The notes beneath the pieces are model-generated. The model was not told where the DNA came from. It saw only the letters and a program-made list of their open reading frames with translations, and did no database searches. A stretch of DNA of 64,000 nt from Veleropilina oligotropha (Eukaryota): assembly GCA_048128005.1 (NCBI GenBank), contig JBEUKZ010000096.1:620001-684000 (forward strand), read 5' to 3'. The position numbers were made by a program, and so were the translations under genes. This document shows, piece by piece, positions 27,781 through 40,627 of this stretch. Position 1 is the stretch's first letter. Each line of letters opens with the position of its first letter.

Positions 27781-30549
27781 GTACGTACTGTTAGCGTATT
27801 AGCTATATCGCCTCGGACCACAATTAAATTTACTATGTTTTATCATAATAGCCTCAGACGCTCTAGCATGTACATGGAGATAGATAGACATTCCATTCTC
27901 TCCAGAAATATTTATTACTTACATGTAAGCAACATTTAATGAAAAATGTAATATCTCATGACCGGTTCCATTTTTCGCTACATCCATTTATGTTAACCCT
28001 CGTGATCAACCGGACATGGACAGATCACAGTCACCATGGACGGATAGGGGGGAAATCAGGATATGCTTGTTTTAAAGAAGGACTCCGATATTGATTAATT
28101 ATATACCTGATGAAACATAAGTATCTTCTCAATGAGATGCAGTGAAAATTCACAACAGCAAATGTACAGGAATACAGAAAGTTACACCATTCCAAAGGAC
28201 ACTATATTTACTTTTGTCACATCCGGGAGAAGGGCAATTTCAGGAACGATATAACTGTAGTCTGAGGCCATATATTACATGTATTGCTCGTAATTGTAGA
28301 TTTTATGTCATCTAGCTAGTGATCTCGGCAACTGCAATTTTACTTTGCCATTTTTAAAAATCTACAGTCAATAATGTACATTCATGGGTTTTTTTATTCC
28401 ACTACTTTAATTAAAACAAGAACGACGCGTTCGAAATATGTCTTGACCTTTCTTTATTTCCCTCAAATTTTCATAACAGTTAATACAATGGCTAAGTGCA
28501 AGTACTTCATGGCTTAATTTACTACCCCGTCGATTGTGACGTCACCAAATGACGATTAATCTAAAGCGACGTCGTAATGACGTCATTGCCATTTGCTTGC
28601 AATACAGCAAGACATCCGTTATATACAAATATGGATAAAAGTGCTCAATAAATGCATATTTTTGCAAAATTGTGTCGCGAAAGTTATATACACGACCTAC
28701 AAATACTCTTGGGAATGTGTGTACCAATTTTGGTGAAAATTGAGCGGGTAGTTTTCAAATAAATCGACGGATATATATATATATATATAAGTATACACGG
28801 ACCATTTTGATAATGTCTTGTCCTTTTTTACAAAAAGGTCAAGACATAAAAATAATTTGAATGGCACTAGTTTATGGTAATTTAGGCTTAGTGGAGTCTT
28901 GTACATCTACACCCTTTAAGTTTAGGGCAGGACATGTCTATATAATTATCGTACGTGGGAGGAATTCAAATACTCTCGCCCGGGGAAACCCACGATTGAT
29001 AACTGAACAAAGAATGCCATTGCCCCAACCGAGATTCCAACTCACTCCTGTTAGTTAGCGCAATCGAGTCAATGATGTCAGAGTCGGCACTCGATACCAC
29101 ATGACTACCGGAGCGACCAATAATCTGTTGATGTATGTGTTGTAGAGGTCTTTGACTACCATTGATTAAAGTACATTTCGATCATTTGAATAGATGTTAT
29201 TATCAATGCTCCGAAGCAATTACTTACTATGTAAAAATGTGTATATACTTTAGTATAGTTTAGTATATATTTTAAAAAGATTTTGATGTAGTGAAACGTT
29301 AAAACTTCACAAATCATGTCTAATCCACAATTTAAAAACATAACCATGAAAACATTTTATTTTCACATTATGTTTGTGTATCTGTTGGTAGGCGCAGACC
29401 TGTCAATGCTTCCGTATCTGGGAGGAGGGTCCTGACGTTGCAAATTTAAAAATAAATTAAATTAAAACATTTTTTACTTTTTTTTTTTTTTTTCATATAT
29501 TTTTTTAAATGACCACCATAACAAATGTTGACCCCATAGTAGTCATTTAATGGCCAGTCTTTCTGGGTGGGCCCACCATGGAACAACTTAGAAGCCACTA
29601 TTCATTTTCACCAACAGCGCATTATAATAATAGTTCACCTACTCCTTGTTAGAGTCATCAAGAATTTTGTTTCAGCATGACATTAAAAAATTATGTAATA
29701 TAGATTTCGTAGAAACAACACAAGGCGCTTTGGAATATTCCACTGATTTTTACATAATTTTTTTTAGTTAACATATCAACACCTTATTGTGATATGATAA
29801 TATGTTATAGTTTTATTGGCATAAGCACAGTGGCTCTTAATTTAGCTATATTTTTTACAATAGTAGGAGGTTTATTTTGAAAAATTAACAACTTTTGATT
29901 TGGGTCATGCTTGCTTTTAAAAATGTTCAGTCTCCAGACAGTTATGGACACTAGCAACTGTGAGTGGTAACTGATCAAAGAATGCCAGTGCCCCAACCGA
30001 GGTTCCAACGCACTCGAGCCAGCTTAGTGACTTCGGAGTCGGCACTCAAAACCATTTGGCTAGTAGCCTACTGAACCTGCCTTTATCAAAACCTAATTAT
30101 ATTTTGAGGTATGTTCTAAAAAATAACTATTTCAAATTCCTATATATTATATTATAATTATGGTAGAAGGGAAAGAATTTGCATAAACATAACCTCCCTG
30201 TCGTAGATTATGCAACAACTTTTTAATTAGCTCTTCATCACTGATATAGGTGCTCCTTGACCGGCCATAAGTTGCCTGTTGAACATTATTCATAAGTCAC
30301 AACTCCAACAGTGTGGATGAGCTTTCCTGTCACCAGTATCATCTCCAACATGCATGTCAATTGTTCTATTTCTGTCCCCATGCGGTTGCTGCTAACTACT
30401 TTCTTCTTGAGGCCTAATTATTGCTGCATATGCTGAGAGCACAGCATCCTGAATCGGCTAGTGATGTCGTTCTTGCATGTGAAGTGTGAGTTCATTAAAG
30501 AGGACTGGACATATGTAACACGGCTATCAATGATGCAGCTTTTACCATG

Positions 30550-33466
30550 AATTAAAGCTGCAAGCAGCTGTTAGGGCTCCAATTCAGGGACCAGTTTACA
30601 GGCACTCGCAAACACAGCATCTACCCACACACCAAATTTCAGCTTTCTACCCGCCATATCATCGAATTAGGTCAATTACTGCCGAACCAGTGGCGCCACT
30701 TAGCTGAAAAGTTTACAGGCGCTTAATAAACACCATATCTACCTGCAAACCAAATTTCAGCTTTCTACCCCAAAAATCTTCGAATTAGGTCAATTACTGC
30801 CGAACCAGTGGCGCCACCTAGCTGAAAATGTACAGGCGCTTAATAAACACCATATCTACCTACAAACCAAATTTCACCTTTCTATCCGCCATATCATCGA
30901 ATTAGGTCAATTACTGCATAACCAGTGGCGCCACCTAGCTGAAAAGTTTACAGGCTCTTAATAAACATCACATCTACCTATAAGCCAAATTTCAGCTTTC
31001 TATCTTCAAAAGCATGGAATTAGGTCAATTACAGCTAACTGGGTCATCTGAGGTCAAAGGTCATGGTCATTTTCGAAAGCTTACCCATGACTTCCCATAG
31101 GCTCCCCATTGTAACTATATGTCTAAGATGCACCGTTTACAAGTTACAGCCCTTTGAAACAATTTCCATAATGGCGTCCGATTTCCGCCATCTTGGAAAT
31201 GCGATGTCAAATACGTCCCCACTACCCATTGCACTCCATCCCCTCGCGTTTTTCCGAGTTCGGCAAATTTTCGCTAATTAGGTCACTGAGGTCAAAGGTC
31301 AAGGTCATTTTCGAAAGTTTACCCATGACTTCCCATAACCTCCCCATAGTAACTATATGTCTAAGATGCACCGTTTACCAGAGATAGCCCCTTGAAACAT
31401 TTTCAGTAATGGCGTCCAAGTCGTCCAAGTCACTTTCTGTAAAGTGAAAGTAGAAATGATGCGATTCCAGAATATTTTTCCTTCTGCAGGGTTTTATGAC
31501 TGTTGTTGCCTGTGTCTTCTGTGATCCATGGCTGTCCTTAATTGGCTCTTAATGAAACAAGACCATAAATGATATAGAACTGGTCACTGGGACTGAGTAC
31601 ATGCTGTAGAGTCAATAAATCAGCATCATAAACTGCCTACACCAGGCAGCCTTTACGACATCTGCAAGACCAGATCATAAAATGCCACAACTTCATTGAT
31701 GATAACATCATAAATGCTGTAATCGCCTTCCTAAGACTGAGGAATAAAAATATGTCTTATAAACATAAAAAATATTGATCATATGCATGCCAAAATTTCC
31801 AATTAAAATGATCTTAATACAGTATAGTTTCAGTGAAAATTTTACTTAAATCGGATAATGCATGGTGACCGCTGAAATAAAAAAGTGTGATTTTTTCAAA
31901 ATTATTGAGAGATTCAGATGGCCGTAACTGCCTTGCTTTTGTTCCGATAACATTTTCGCTTTCAAACTTTTTTCTTCACATAGTGAAGATCATTATTTAG
32001 GAACATCGCGTACCTCACTTCAGCCGTTTGGCCGAAGAAGATGGTATAAAAAGGTGCTTTTTTAAAGAAAAAACCTTAATTGCCGCTAAGCCAGTGGCGC
32101 CGCATAGCAGAAATTAAGTGTGATTCAACTTCAGTACCATACCTACATGTTTACCATTTTTAGAGTTTTTGATTTAAGCGGTTTGTCATAGCGCTATGAA
32201 ATTGAACATACGAATTCACAGAAATGTGATGCGTATTGTATTTAAATTTCAAGTTCATAGTCCTAGTTACAGCTAAGTTATTTAGGAGTTAGAGCAGAAC
32301 TAAACCTCTAGTTTTTACGACATACTAATTTCTTATATCTCTGCAGGCAGTGGGATGGCCACAGTTTATTGATACAAAGTAATTAGGTGGCCATAATGTC
32401 AATACAAGACCATGGGGCTTTGTTGACACAGGGTAATAAATTCCTTTAAGCCAGCCAGATATAGTCACTACATAAAAAATACACTGTCTTTTTGCAGTAT
32501 TACCAGTCGCAGCTATTCGAAAATATGCATATATATTATTTCCCCTAAGATGGCACTAGTGTTAAATTTACCACTTGATGGTCCCCGTACAACCTAAGTT
32601 ATAGCAGTTACAAAATGATGTCAAAAAATGTCTATATCTTTAAATTAACTTAAATAAGTGATAGCTTTTTTATATATTGCGTTAGATAAATTTGATGTGT
32701 TCATAATGAACTTTATTTCGTTTCAAATAATTAAATATTAAGGAAGATACGACTAATTGAAATTTTAAATTTCAAATGACTTTTGCTCTTAATATTTTCA
32801 TACTGTTATTTTTTGGTTTATTATACATTTATAAGAACATAACACAACGTTCCCACCTACGAAGTTTCATTGTGATCGGACAGACGACTGCAGGGAAAAT
32901 GACGTTTGAAGTTTTTCAAACAATCCAAGATGGCGGCTTAACCACATCACGCAGAAATATCTTCTTTGTAGCAAAATTAACTTACAGAAAGCGTCTACCA
33001 CTCAGCGAAGGTTGAAGACTATAGTTAAAGCAGAATAAGAGTTATAGCCGATGTAAAAAAGTGTGATTTTTTCAAAATTATTGAGAGATTCAGATGGCCG
33101 TAACTGCCTTGCTTTTGTTCCGATAACATTTTCGCTTTCAAACTTTTTTCTTCACATAGTGAAGATCATTATTTAGGAACATCGCGTACCTCACTTCAGC
33201 CGTTTGGCCGAAGAAGATGGTATAAAAAGGTGCTTTTTTAAAGAAAAAACCTTAATTGCCGCTAAGCCAGTGGCGCCGCATAGCAGAAATTAAGTGCGTT
33301 ACAACTTCAGTACCATAGCTACATGTTTACCAATTTTAGAGTTTTTGCTTTAAGCGGTTTGGAAGTTATCACTGGTACAAAACTCAGGCGGAATAATAGG
33401 AAGAATAATAATAAACAAAATAGCAAAAACAATAGGGCTCCAGCTGAAGCTGTTGGAGCCCTAATT
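30550..33466 (-). mobile_element. HINE family B copy 2 (inverted, uninterrupted)
   Basis: Reverse-complement match to 34-80 plus 12262-17332. Identical spurious ORFs at 12654-12893 and 32776-33015. Confidence 0.85.
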
Positions 33467-33672
33467 ACAGTTTTGTTGGTTTTCATTTTGGAACATATTT
33501 CGCTGGTCACATAATTGTAGGTTGTTACGTACATCTATAGCACATTATGAATGTTGTAAATCGGGCAGAACCTGATTATGTGCATTAATTGAACAATGAA
33601 GAAAAAATTTGAATTTGAAAATATATCTATTAATTTCAGTACGTACTATGCATTGCTACTAAATTCATTCAA

Positions 33673-33932
33673 GGCCGCTTCGGTAGCGCAGTGGGTAGAG
33701 TGTCCACTCTAAATTCACTGGCTTGTTTCCGCTGACGCGAACAGTAGTGGGATCGACCCCCGGCTGAGGCAACACACATTTGTTCAAGTTATGAAGCACA
33801 GTTGTCCGTGACTGGCCGAAGAGGGCGGGTTTACCCGGCGACTGGGGTTTCCTCCCGCGATAACACGGACATGTCCTGCCTTGAACCTCGATGTTATAAA
33901 TATACAGGATATTAAGCATAATTCCTCCTCCT
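33673..33932 (+). mobile_element. tRNA-derived SINE, abundant family (other copies near 17520, 22520, 24890, 28900, 36060, 36680, 37633, 38882)
   Basis: A-box GGTAGCGCAGTGG, B-box-like GGATCGACCC, shared body cacagttgtccgtgactggccg, (cct)n tail. Confidence 0.8.
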
Positions 33933-34857
33933 ACTAAATTCATGTTTTTATGACTCTCACAAGTATAATTTGATTTATAAGCAAACATTTAAATATGAAT
34001 AATGTTAGCAAAATTATAGACATTGTATATAAAATATATCTACTTTTATTGTTCTTTTACCATTAATATTCTTTAGTGAACTCTTAACGACTAATATCTA
34101 CATACATACATATATATAAACATATCATATGTATAAACTTTTGTTTCTTTCAATTAACATTTTACCAATTTGAAAGTAATTTTTAATATGTGAGACAAAT
34201 CGATTAATATGCAAGTTAACAATATTTCATTTATCCATGTTTATCCACAGTTTGATATGTAATATATCTACTGTAGTTAGCACTTGCATGATCTAAACTT
34301 AATAGATATTACATTCACGTGGAAACACATACTGTCAGAAATACATGAATCATTGAAATATGTTCCTCGTGTTATCTTAAAAAGATTCATCTTATAAGAT
34401 CAAGTCTGAACTATTTCATAATTTTTATTTCGCAATGATAAAACAAAATTCATGCTGTACGGCATATGTATGAACCTGTAATAACAGACTGGTGCATCAT
34501 AGGTCTAACCATCTCGGCGGATTGTCTGTGTTCATAACGAAAAACATGCAATGCATAGGTTTTATCAGAAGAATACCGTCTGCAAATATACTACCTGCTC
34601 TGCCCAGAATATACTGCCGACTCCAAATGCTTGGAGACTAATATATCGTTGTTGGTTACACTTTGGCCTCACTTTCTGATTGATACTAACAATTCGCCTG
34701 ACTCATGCTTCGTTTCCTGATAGCCAAAAATATAACCAAATGATATCAAAGAATCCAACGGCATGAATTTTCAAAAGAAATGGACAAAGTTATGCCGGTT
34801 GCAAATTTGAATTTTTGGGACTCAGTTACTGGGAGCAGATAATTGTCGCTAATTATC

Positions 34858-35029
34858 ATGGGATGCTGTGAAAGTCGTCCAATTGTTGTCGACGGCAATG
34901 TAGACAGATCCTCAACGAGGGAGAGTGAGCGATTGACACGAGAAAGCTACGCTGCGTCCCATCCAGGGTTTCGCAACCCCTCTCAGCCCCGGGGTCCGGG
35001 GACGTCACTTGTGTCTACTAATGTGATTG
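34858..35029 (+). CDS. TGM: Transglutaminase candidate alternative first coding exon 1b (MGCCESRPIVVDG...STNVI)
   Basis: ATG in atcATGG context, MGxxxS plus Cys3/Cys4. Donor ATTG|gtatgt at 35030; 172 nt is phase 1, in frame with exon 2. Confidence 0.75.
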
Positions 35030-36351
35030 GTATGTATATCACTAGAAATATTTTGATTCACCTGTTCAAATTTAAGGCCCGCCCAGTGGTGTAGTTGATA
35101 AGAGCGTGGCTCCCAATTCTCTAGACTGACTGCTCTGATTAACAGGAGTTGGTTCGAATCAATGTAATTAACGGTCGTATTTGTCCATAACTTTCTGCTG
35201 CGGGTGCGTTTTCCGAGATGACTGCGCTTTCCTCACATGACAATATATACATATCTTGGTATGGCCTGCATGAAGCACGTAATAGCTGATACACTGTCAG
35301 CCCACGCGATATATATACACATAACAGACCGAGCGAGAGTGAGGCTGTTATGGTTATATCGCCGAAGGGTGGTAGCTGTAGTATCTGTTATACACACCAT
35401 GGAAATCTATTGTGAATTACAAGCTGTAAGCCCTTATGACATTCAATTGCCCAATTTAATGCGCTCATTATATATAATTAGGTGATATGAGAAATCAACT
35501 CTTCGATCCATTGGGAAGTTGTCGAATCTTTTGTCACTCAATTTAATCTTGACCAGCGAGCTGAGTTAACCATTGTCTGGGTTGTAAATTGGAACAATGG
35601 TGTTATTAACACTAGGAGGCCTATTGTTCAAATAAACCACCCCATGGTGTGTATGTTAAAATATAATATTGGACATAAATTAAAACCAAGCTTGTTAATC
35701 CTTGATTACAGGCGTGTTTGTCTATCCCTCTCAAGAAGTATCAGCTCTCTGACCATACCACATGCATGCAGTCACTGTATTTGCTTTGCATCATCAGTCA
35801 AGTATAAACCTATATGTAATTTCCTAAGTGTATACGTTTTACAAATTTTATCTGAAAAATATTATAATTTTCATTATTATTTTGAAACAATTCAGTTTTC
35901 TCTGATCTTTATAGGAGCACTTATTTGACACATTCATACTGTATTAATTTTTGACGTTTGTTCTGCACAACAAATGCGTGAATTAGTGACCGTATGCATA
36001 AGCATTTTTGCCTACTTCTATGTTGTGTGTTGATGAGTTGGTGTTCATATGTAATTAGGCTGCACCGACAGTCGTGTGGTTTCGGTTGCAGACTCAGTAT
36101 AATCACTGGCTTGATTCCGCTGACTCGAACAGGAGTGGGTTCGAATCTCGGTTGAGACAAGATATTATGAATCACAGTTGTCCGTAACTGGTCGGAGAGG
36201 GTGGATTTCTCTGGGTGACAGGGTTTTCCTGCCACGATAATATAGACTTTTCCTGCTTTGAACTTAATGTTTGAAAATATACAGTACATTAGGAATCAAT
36301 CCGTTCCTTTCCTATTCATATGCAATTACACTAAATTTAATGTACATGTAA

Positions 36352-36662
36352 TCTATACTATAATCGTGGAGAGTTTGTCTGTCTGTCTGTGTGTGTGTGT
36401 GTGTGTCTCCTATAGGCTCCCAAACGGCTGGACCGATCTCCACCAAATTTGGCATGTGAACTAAGGGTACCAAGGCAGTGGTTATGGCGCTTTCAAATTT
36501 TTTGGGGGGGCGGGGGTGGGTTTTTGGGGGGGGGATTTTCATATTTTCATAGTTACCACTCAGTGGAGATCTTTCGTGGAATGTTAGAGGCGTTCAAGAT
36601 AAGAAATTAGGTTATTGATGAGGTGGGGAGACTCACCCGTCGAAGATGGGTACCCTGGCTAG
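36352..36662 (+). mobile_element. Short non-autonomous Helitron
   Basis: A|TC start, (tctg)n(tg)n microsatellite, subterminal hairpin acccgtc-gaa-gatgggt, CTAG|T end. Confidence 0.8.
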
Positions 36663-37632
36663 TTGCATATAAAAAGAAACGAATGGATCGATGCTTAATG
36701 TCCTGTATCTTTCCAACCATGAAGTTCAAAACAGGACATCATGTCCATATTACCGCGGGAGGAAAACCCGGTCGCCCGGAGAAACCCATCCTCTCCGACC
36801 ATAAATTTCCTTTTCCGATGTAAGTACATTAAATATGCAATGTCTGTTGATAATATATAATAATTAGTAAAAAATAATTGTATTGCTATAATAAGGAAAT
36901 ATGTCCTCGGGGTCAATAATGACTGTTCCATAAATTAAATGCGAAGACACCATGCATATTGACAGTATTAAACATATAATATATTAATAATAGCAATACT
37001 GTATTTAGAAAAAGAAAAAAATATTAACCTAATGACGAAAGATACAGCATCCAAAATTATAATACAAGGATAAAATGAGAAGAAGAGACCGTTGCGCTGT
37101 TGGGATGTAAATCGTGGACTTAGCTCCACGAAGAGATAAAAAAATTGTGCATGGGAAGTTATCCTTTCCTTGTGCTGGGTAGTTAGTTCAATATTATATT
37201 GTTACAATATATGACTTCGTTCGTAGAAAACATTACCTAACCATAAACATGTTAGTGCAGACAGGTTGAGCTCATAATACAATCGGTTTGTTACCACACG
37301 TCGGACATGTGGAGTCATTTCTTTCTTCCTGCGAAGTATTCATACATAAAAGTGAAGCACAATGGCGCACTTGCAAGCAGTAATGTTTATCAGATGCATG
37401 CAATTCTAGTACAGCTCTCTGTTGTAAAATTACTTGTGCTGTGTATATATGTATGATTATATATTGTATACGTTAATTTTCTATCAGAATGATGGTCACT
37501 AATTTCAGATGTTTGCAAATATTATGGGCATGCATTCTGCCATGATACCAAAATAAATAATTTAAATATTATATATCATGTATCTTTTTATTTCCAAATA
37601 TCCGCTCCGACATTCATGTGGTTTCGGCTGTG

Positions 37633-37889
37633 GGAGGAATGATGCGTAATGTCCTGTATATTTACAACATCGAGGTTCAAGGCAGGACATGTCCGTGTTA
37701 TCGCGGGAGGAAACCCCGGTCGCCCGGGTAAACCCGCCCTCTTCGGCCAGTCGCGGACAACTGTGATTCATAACTTGAACAAATTTCAATGCCTCAGCCA
37801 GGTATTGAACCCACTACTGTTAGCATTAGCGGAATCAAGCCATTGAATTTAGAGTGGGCACTCTTACCCACTGCGCTGCCGAAGCGGCC
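37633..37889 (-). mobile_element. tRNA-derived SINE, same family as 33673
   Basis: Reverse complement of the 33673 copy; flanked by a probable ggtttcgg(c/t)tg duplication inside an older copy. Confidence 0.78.
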
Positions 37890-37983
37890 GGTTTCGGTTG
37901 CAGAATCTGAAATCGCTGGCATGATTCTGCTAGCACAAACAGTATAGTTGTTGGTTCAAATCTCGGTTGTGACATTAGCATTA

Positions 37984-38881
37984 TTTTTATGCCACCACCA
38001 ATTTATTGGGGTGGCATTTAGATTTACTCTTGTCCGTCCCGTCCGTCCGTCCCGTCCCGTCCGTCCGTCCGTCCCGAAACCAGTATTTGCGTGTAAGCAA
38101 CTCCAATCTGCTATAACTTCTATTTGCCTTCATGGATTGACTTCATACTTTGTACACTTGCTTATCATCATTCATCCTTCGCTTCTGCGACCCATCCATG
38201 TCGCCGTATGGCCAAGGTAAAGGTCAAATGACTTAGCTCTTCAAACCAGTATTTGCGTGTAAGCAACTCCAATCTGCTATAACTTCTATTTGCCTTCATG
38301 GATTGACTTCATACTTTGTACACTTGCTTATCATCATTCATCCTTCGCTTCTGCGACCCATCCATGTCGCCGTATGGCCAAGGTCAAGGTCAAATGACTT
38401 AGCTCTTCAAACCAGTATTTGCGTGTAAGCAACTCCAATCTGCTATAACTTCTATTTGCCTTCATGGATTGACTTCATACTTTGTACACTTGCTTATCAT
38501 CATTCATCCTTCGCTTCTGCGACCCATCCATGTCGCCGTATGGCCAAGGTCAAGGTCAAATGACTTAGCTCTTCAAACCAGTATTTGCGTGTAAGCAACT
38601 CCAATCTGCTATAACTTCTATTTGCCTTCATGGATTGACTTTATACTTTGTACACTTGCTTACCATCATTCATGCTTCGCTTCTGCGACCCATCCATGTC
38701 GCCATATGGCCAAGGTCAAGGTCAAATGACTTAGCTCTTCGAACCAGTATTTGCGTGTAAGAAACTTCAATCTGCTATAACTTCTATTTGCCTTCATGGA
38801 TTGACTTGATACTTTGTACACTGCCCCTATGGTCAAGGCTGCCAGTGGGGGCATCCGTGTCCGATGGACACATTTCTAGTT
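37984..38881 (+). mobile_element. HINE/pearl-like element with 166-bp tandem satellite units (about 4.5 copies)
   Basis: Unit landmarks at 38081, 38247, 38413, 38579 and 38745; 5' hairpin plus (gtcc)n; 3' gtgtcc-gat-ggacac hairpin and ctagtt. Confidence 0.88.
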
Positions 38882-39568
38882 TCAGTTATGATTCACAGTT
38901 GTCCGTAAGTGGTCAGAGAGGGCTGGTTTCCCCAGGTAGCTTTAATTTAATGTCCTGCTTGGAACATTATGGCTGCAAATGTACAGGACATTAAGCATTG
39001 ATTCAATCCAACCGTTATATTTTTAATACAGGACATGTAGGGTTTAAATTATGGGATTGGTCGCCTTGACGTCATTTTGAAATTCGGTTTAGACAATAAA
39101 TGTTCCATAAAAGTTTATGACATAAGGAGTTGTGTATTTATCATATAATGATACTTTTCTGTAGCAATAAATGTAATGTTGTGATATTGATTTTCCTGTT
39201 AAAACGATGCTGTTTACAAAATAAAAGCATTAGTCACCAGGGCGATATTGATCATAAACAAACCATAACTGTCATTATGAAATAATTAAGGCAGTGCTAG
39301 AATCCTGATCTCTCCTGATCCGGGAATCTAGCACTCTTATGATGTACAAATACCCTCATATGAATGTACAAATATAGGAATATATCTGGCTATATAAACT
39401 AACATTATCCTAGGTCAGGCATATTGATTACTGTTATTGTGGTACATGTAATGTTTAATGTATTGTAAGGCAACATGTTGGCTTGAATGCCGTCTTTACC
39501 TGTTACCTTATCATGCGTAATTGTACTGTGTTGTGTTATGCCGGTCAGGTAGTGACAATAGCAGATTG

Positions 39569-39611
39569 ATGGGGTGTAACAGCTCCAAAGCACCACCCAA
39601 CCCAGACACAG
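39569..39611 (+). CDS. TGM: Transglutaminase candidate alternative first coding exon 1c (MGCNSSKAPPNPDT)
   Basis: MGCxxSK motif. Phase-1 donor CAG|gtatag at 39612; a competing gtaagt at 39617 would be phase 0. Confidence 0.55.
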
Positions 39612-39836
39612 GTATAGTAAGTAGGGAGCGAGTATATGGTGTATTTGATTAATTCGTTATTTCTTGGAAGTTATCATACATTTCTTTGCTGAAATACCTT
39701 GACTCTAATGTAAGGTAGATTTTTTTATTAATCGTGCATTTTTCACAGGTCAATATTATAGATGTATTTGATAGCAATATTTTAAAATTAATTTAGTTTA
39801 TAATGAAGCACACACATTGTGTTTTTTACCTAGTTA

Positions 39837-40055
39837 TGCATTGCATTCCGGATGTTCATATAGCAACATGCATGCATACTTACCATATAAAATTACCAAG
39901 ATCATATCTTTTCCTGTCATAACAATAACTCATACCCCCCCCCCCCCCCATTTACCTTGATATGTATTGCATTCCAGATGTTTATATAGCAACATGCATG
40001 CATACGTACCATATAAAATGATCACGTTCATATCTTTTCCTGTCATAACAATCGC
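39837..40055 (+). repeat. Local tandem duplication (2 x ~128 bp)
   Basis: ttgcattcc(g/a)gatgtt...catatctttcctgtcataacaat-like segment occurs twice. Confidence 0.7.
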
Positions 40056-40409
40056 ACCCACTCATGCATATATATATATTTAGTTTTGCGTGAATTGTAA
40101 TTTTAAAGCAGAGAAATAGCCCATTGACAAGTGTTAAGGCAGACACAGGAATAGTGGCTTGTCCTTTTATTCCCTTTATATGGCGAACTGCTCCATAGAA
40201 TACGATCTCTATGGCGAAAATACATCAACACTGATAAACATGGGTCTGCTACTGAGCAGTGCTATTCTACTGTGAAATAATAACACAATGTCCAATAAAA
40301 ACCGTCAATATGCTGACTTTAGTGCTTGGGTAATGATTGTTATACACAAATGTAGACGATAGATTGTGCATATATTTTGTGATAATATATACGACTAATA
40401 TTGCCCAAG

Positions 40410-40446
40410 ATGGGTAGCGGCAGTTCCAAAAAACAGCAGAGGCAAG
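40410..40446 (+). CDS. TGM: Transglutaminase candidate alternative first coding exon 1d (MGSGSSKKQQRQ)
   Basis: aagATGG context, MGxxxSK with basic residues. Donor AAG|gtaact at 40447, phase 1. Confidence 0.7.
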
Positions 40447-40627
40447 GTAACTATAATGAGGTCATAGTTAATGCTTGATTGTGACATGATCGGTAAACAT
40501 AACCTTACTTAATAGGTTGACACCAATACGCTGCAATTGAAATCGAGCCAGACATGTATTAAAAATGTGACTGAGAGTGTTGGGTATCCACTCTTGAAAA
40601 GGGAAAATCAGAGATTTGTAAAATTAT

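Noticed and set aside
30240..30545. Coding-like composition on the minus strand
   Set aside because: No sustained reading frame or recognisable motif found.
33673..33775. tRNA-like sequence (also at 63478)
   Set aside because: Followed by SINE body and tail, multi-copy, and no clean cloverleaf; these are SINE heads, not tRNA genes.
37151..37184. MGSYPFLVL followed by G|gtagtt (phase 1)
   Set aside because: Lacks Ser/Thr at position 6 and the donor is weak; compatible with chance.
38077..38820. Regular repeats that might suggest a CRISPR array
   Set aside because: Head-to-tail units with no unique spacers, in a eukaryotic context.
40240..40275. MGLLLSSAILL*, a myristoylation-like start
   Set aside because: No consensus phase-1 donor before the stop.
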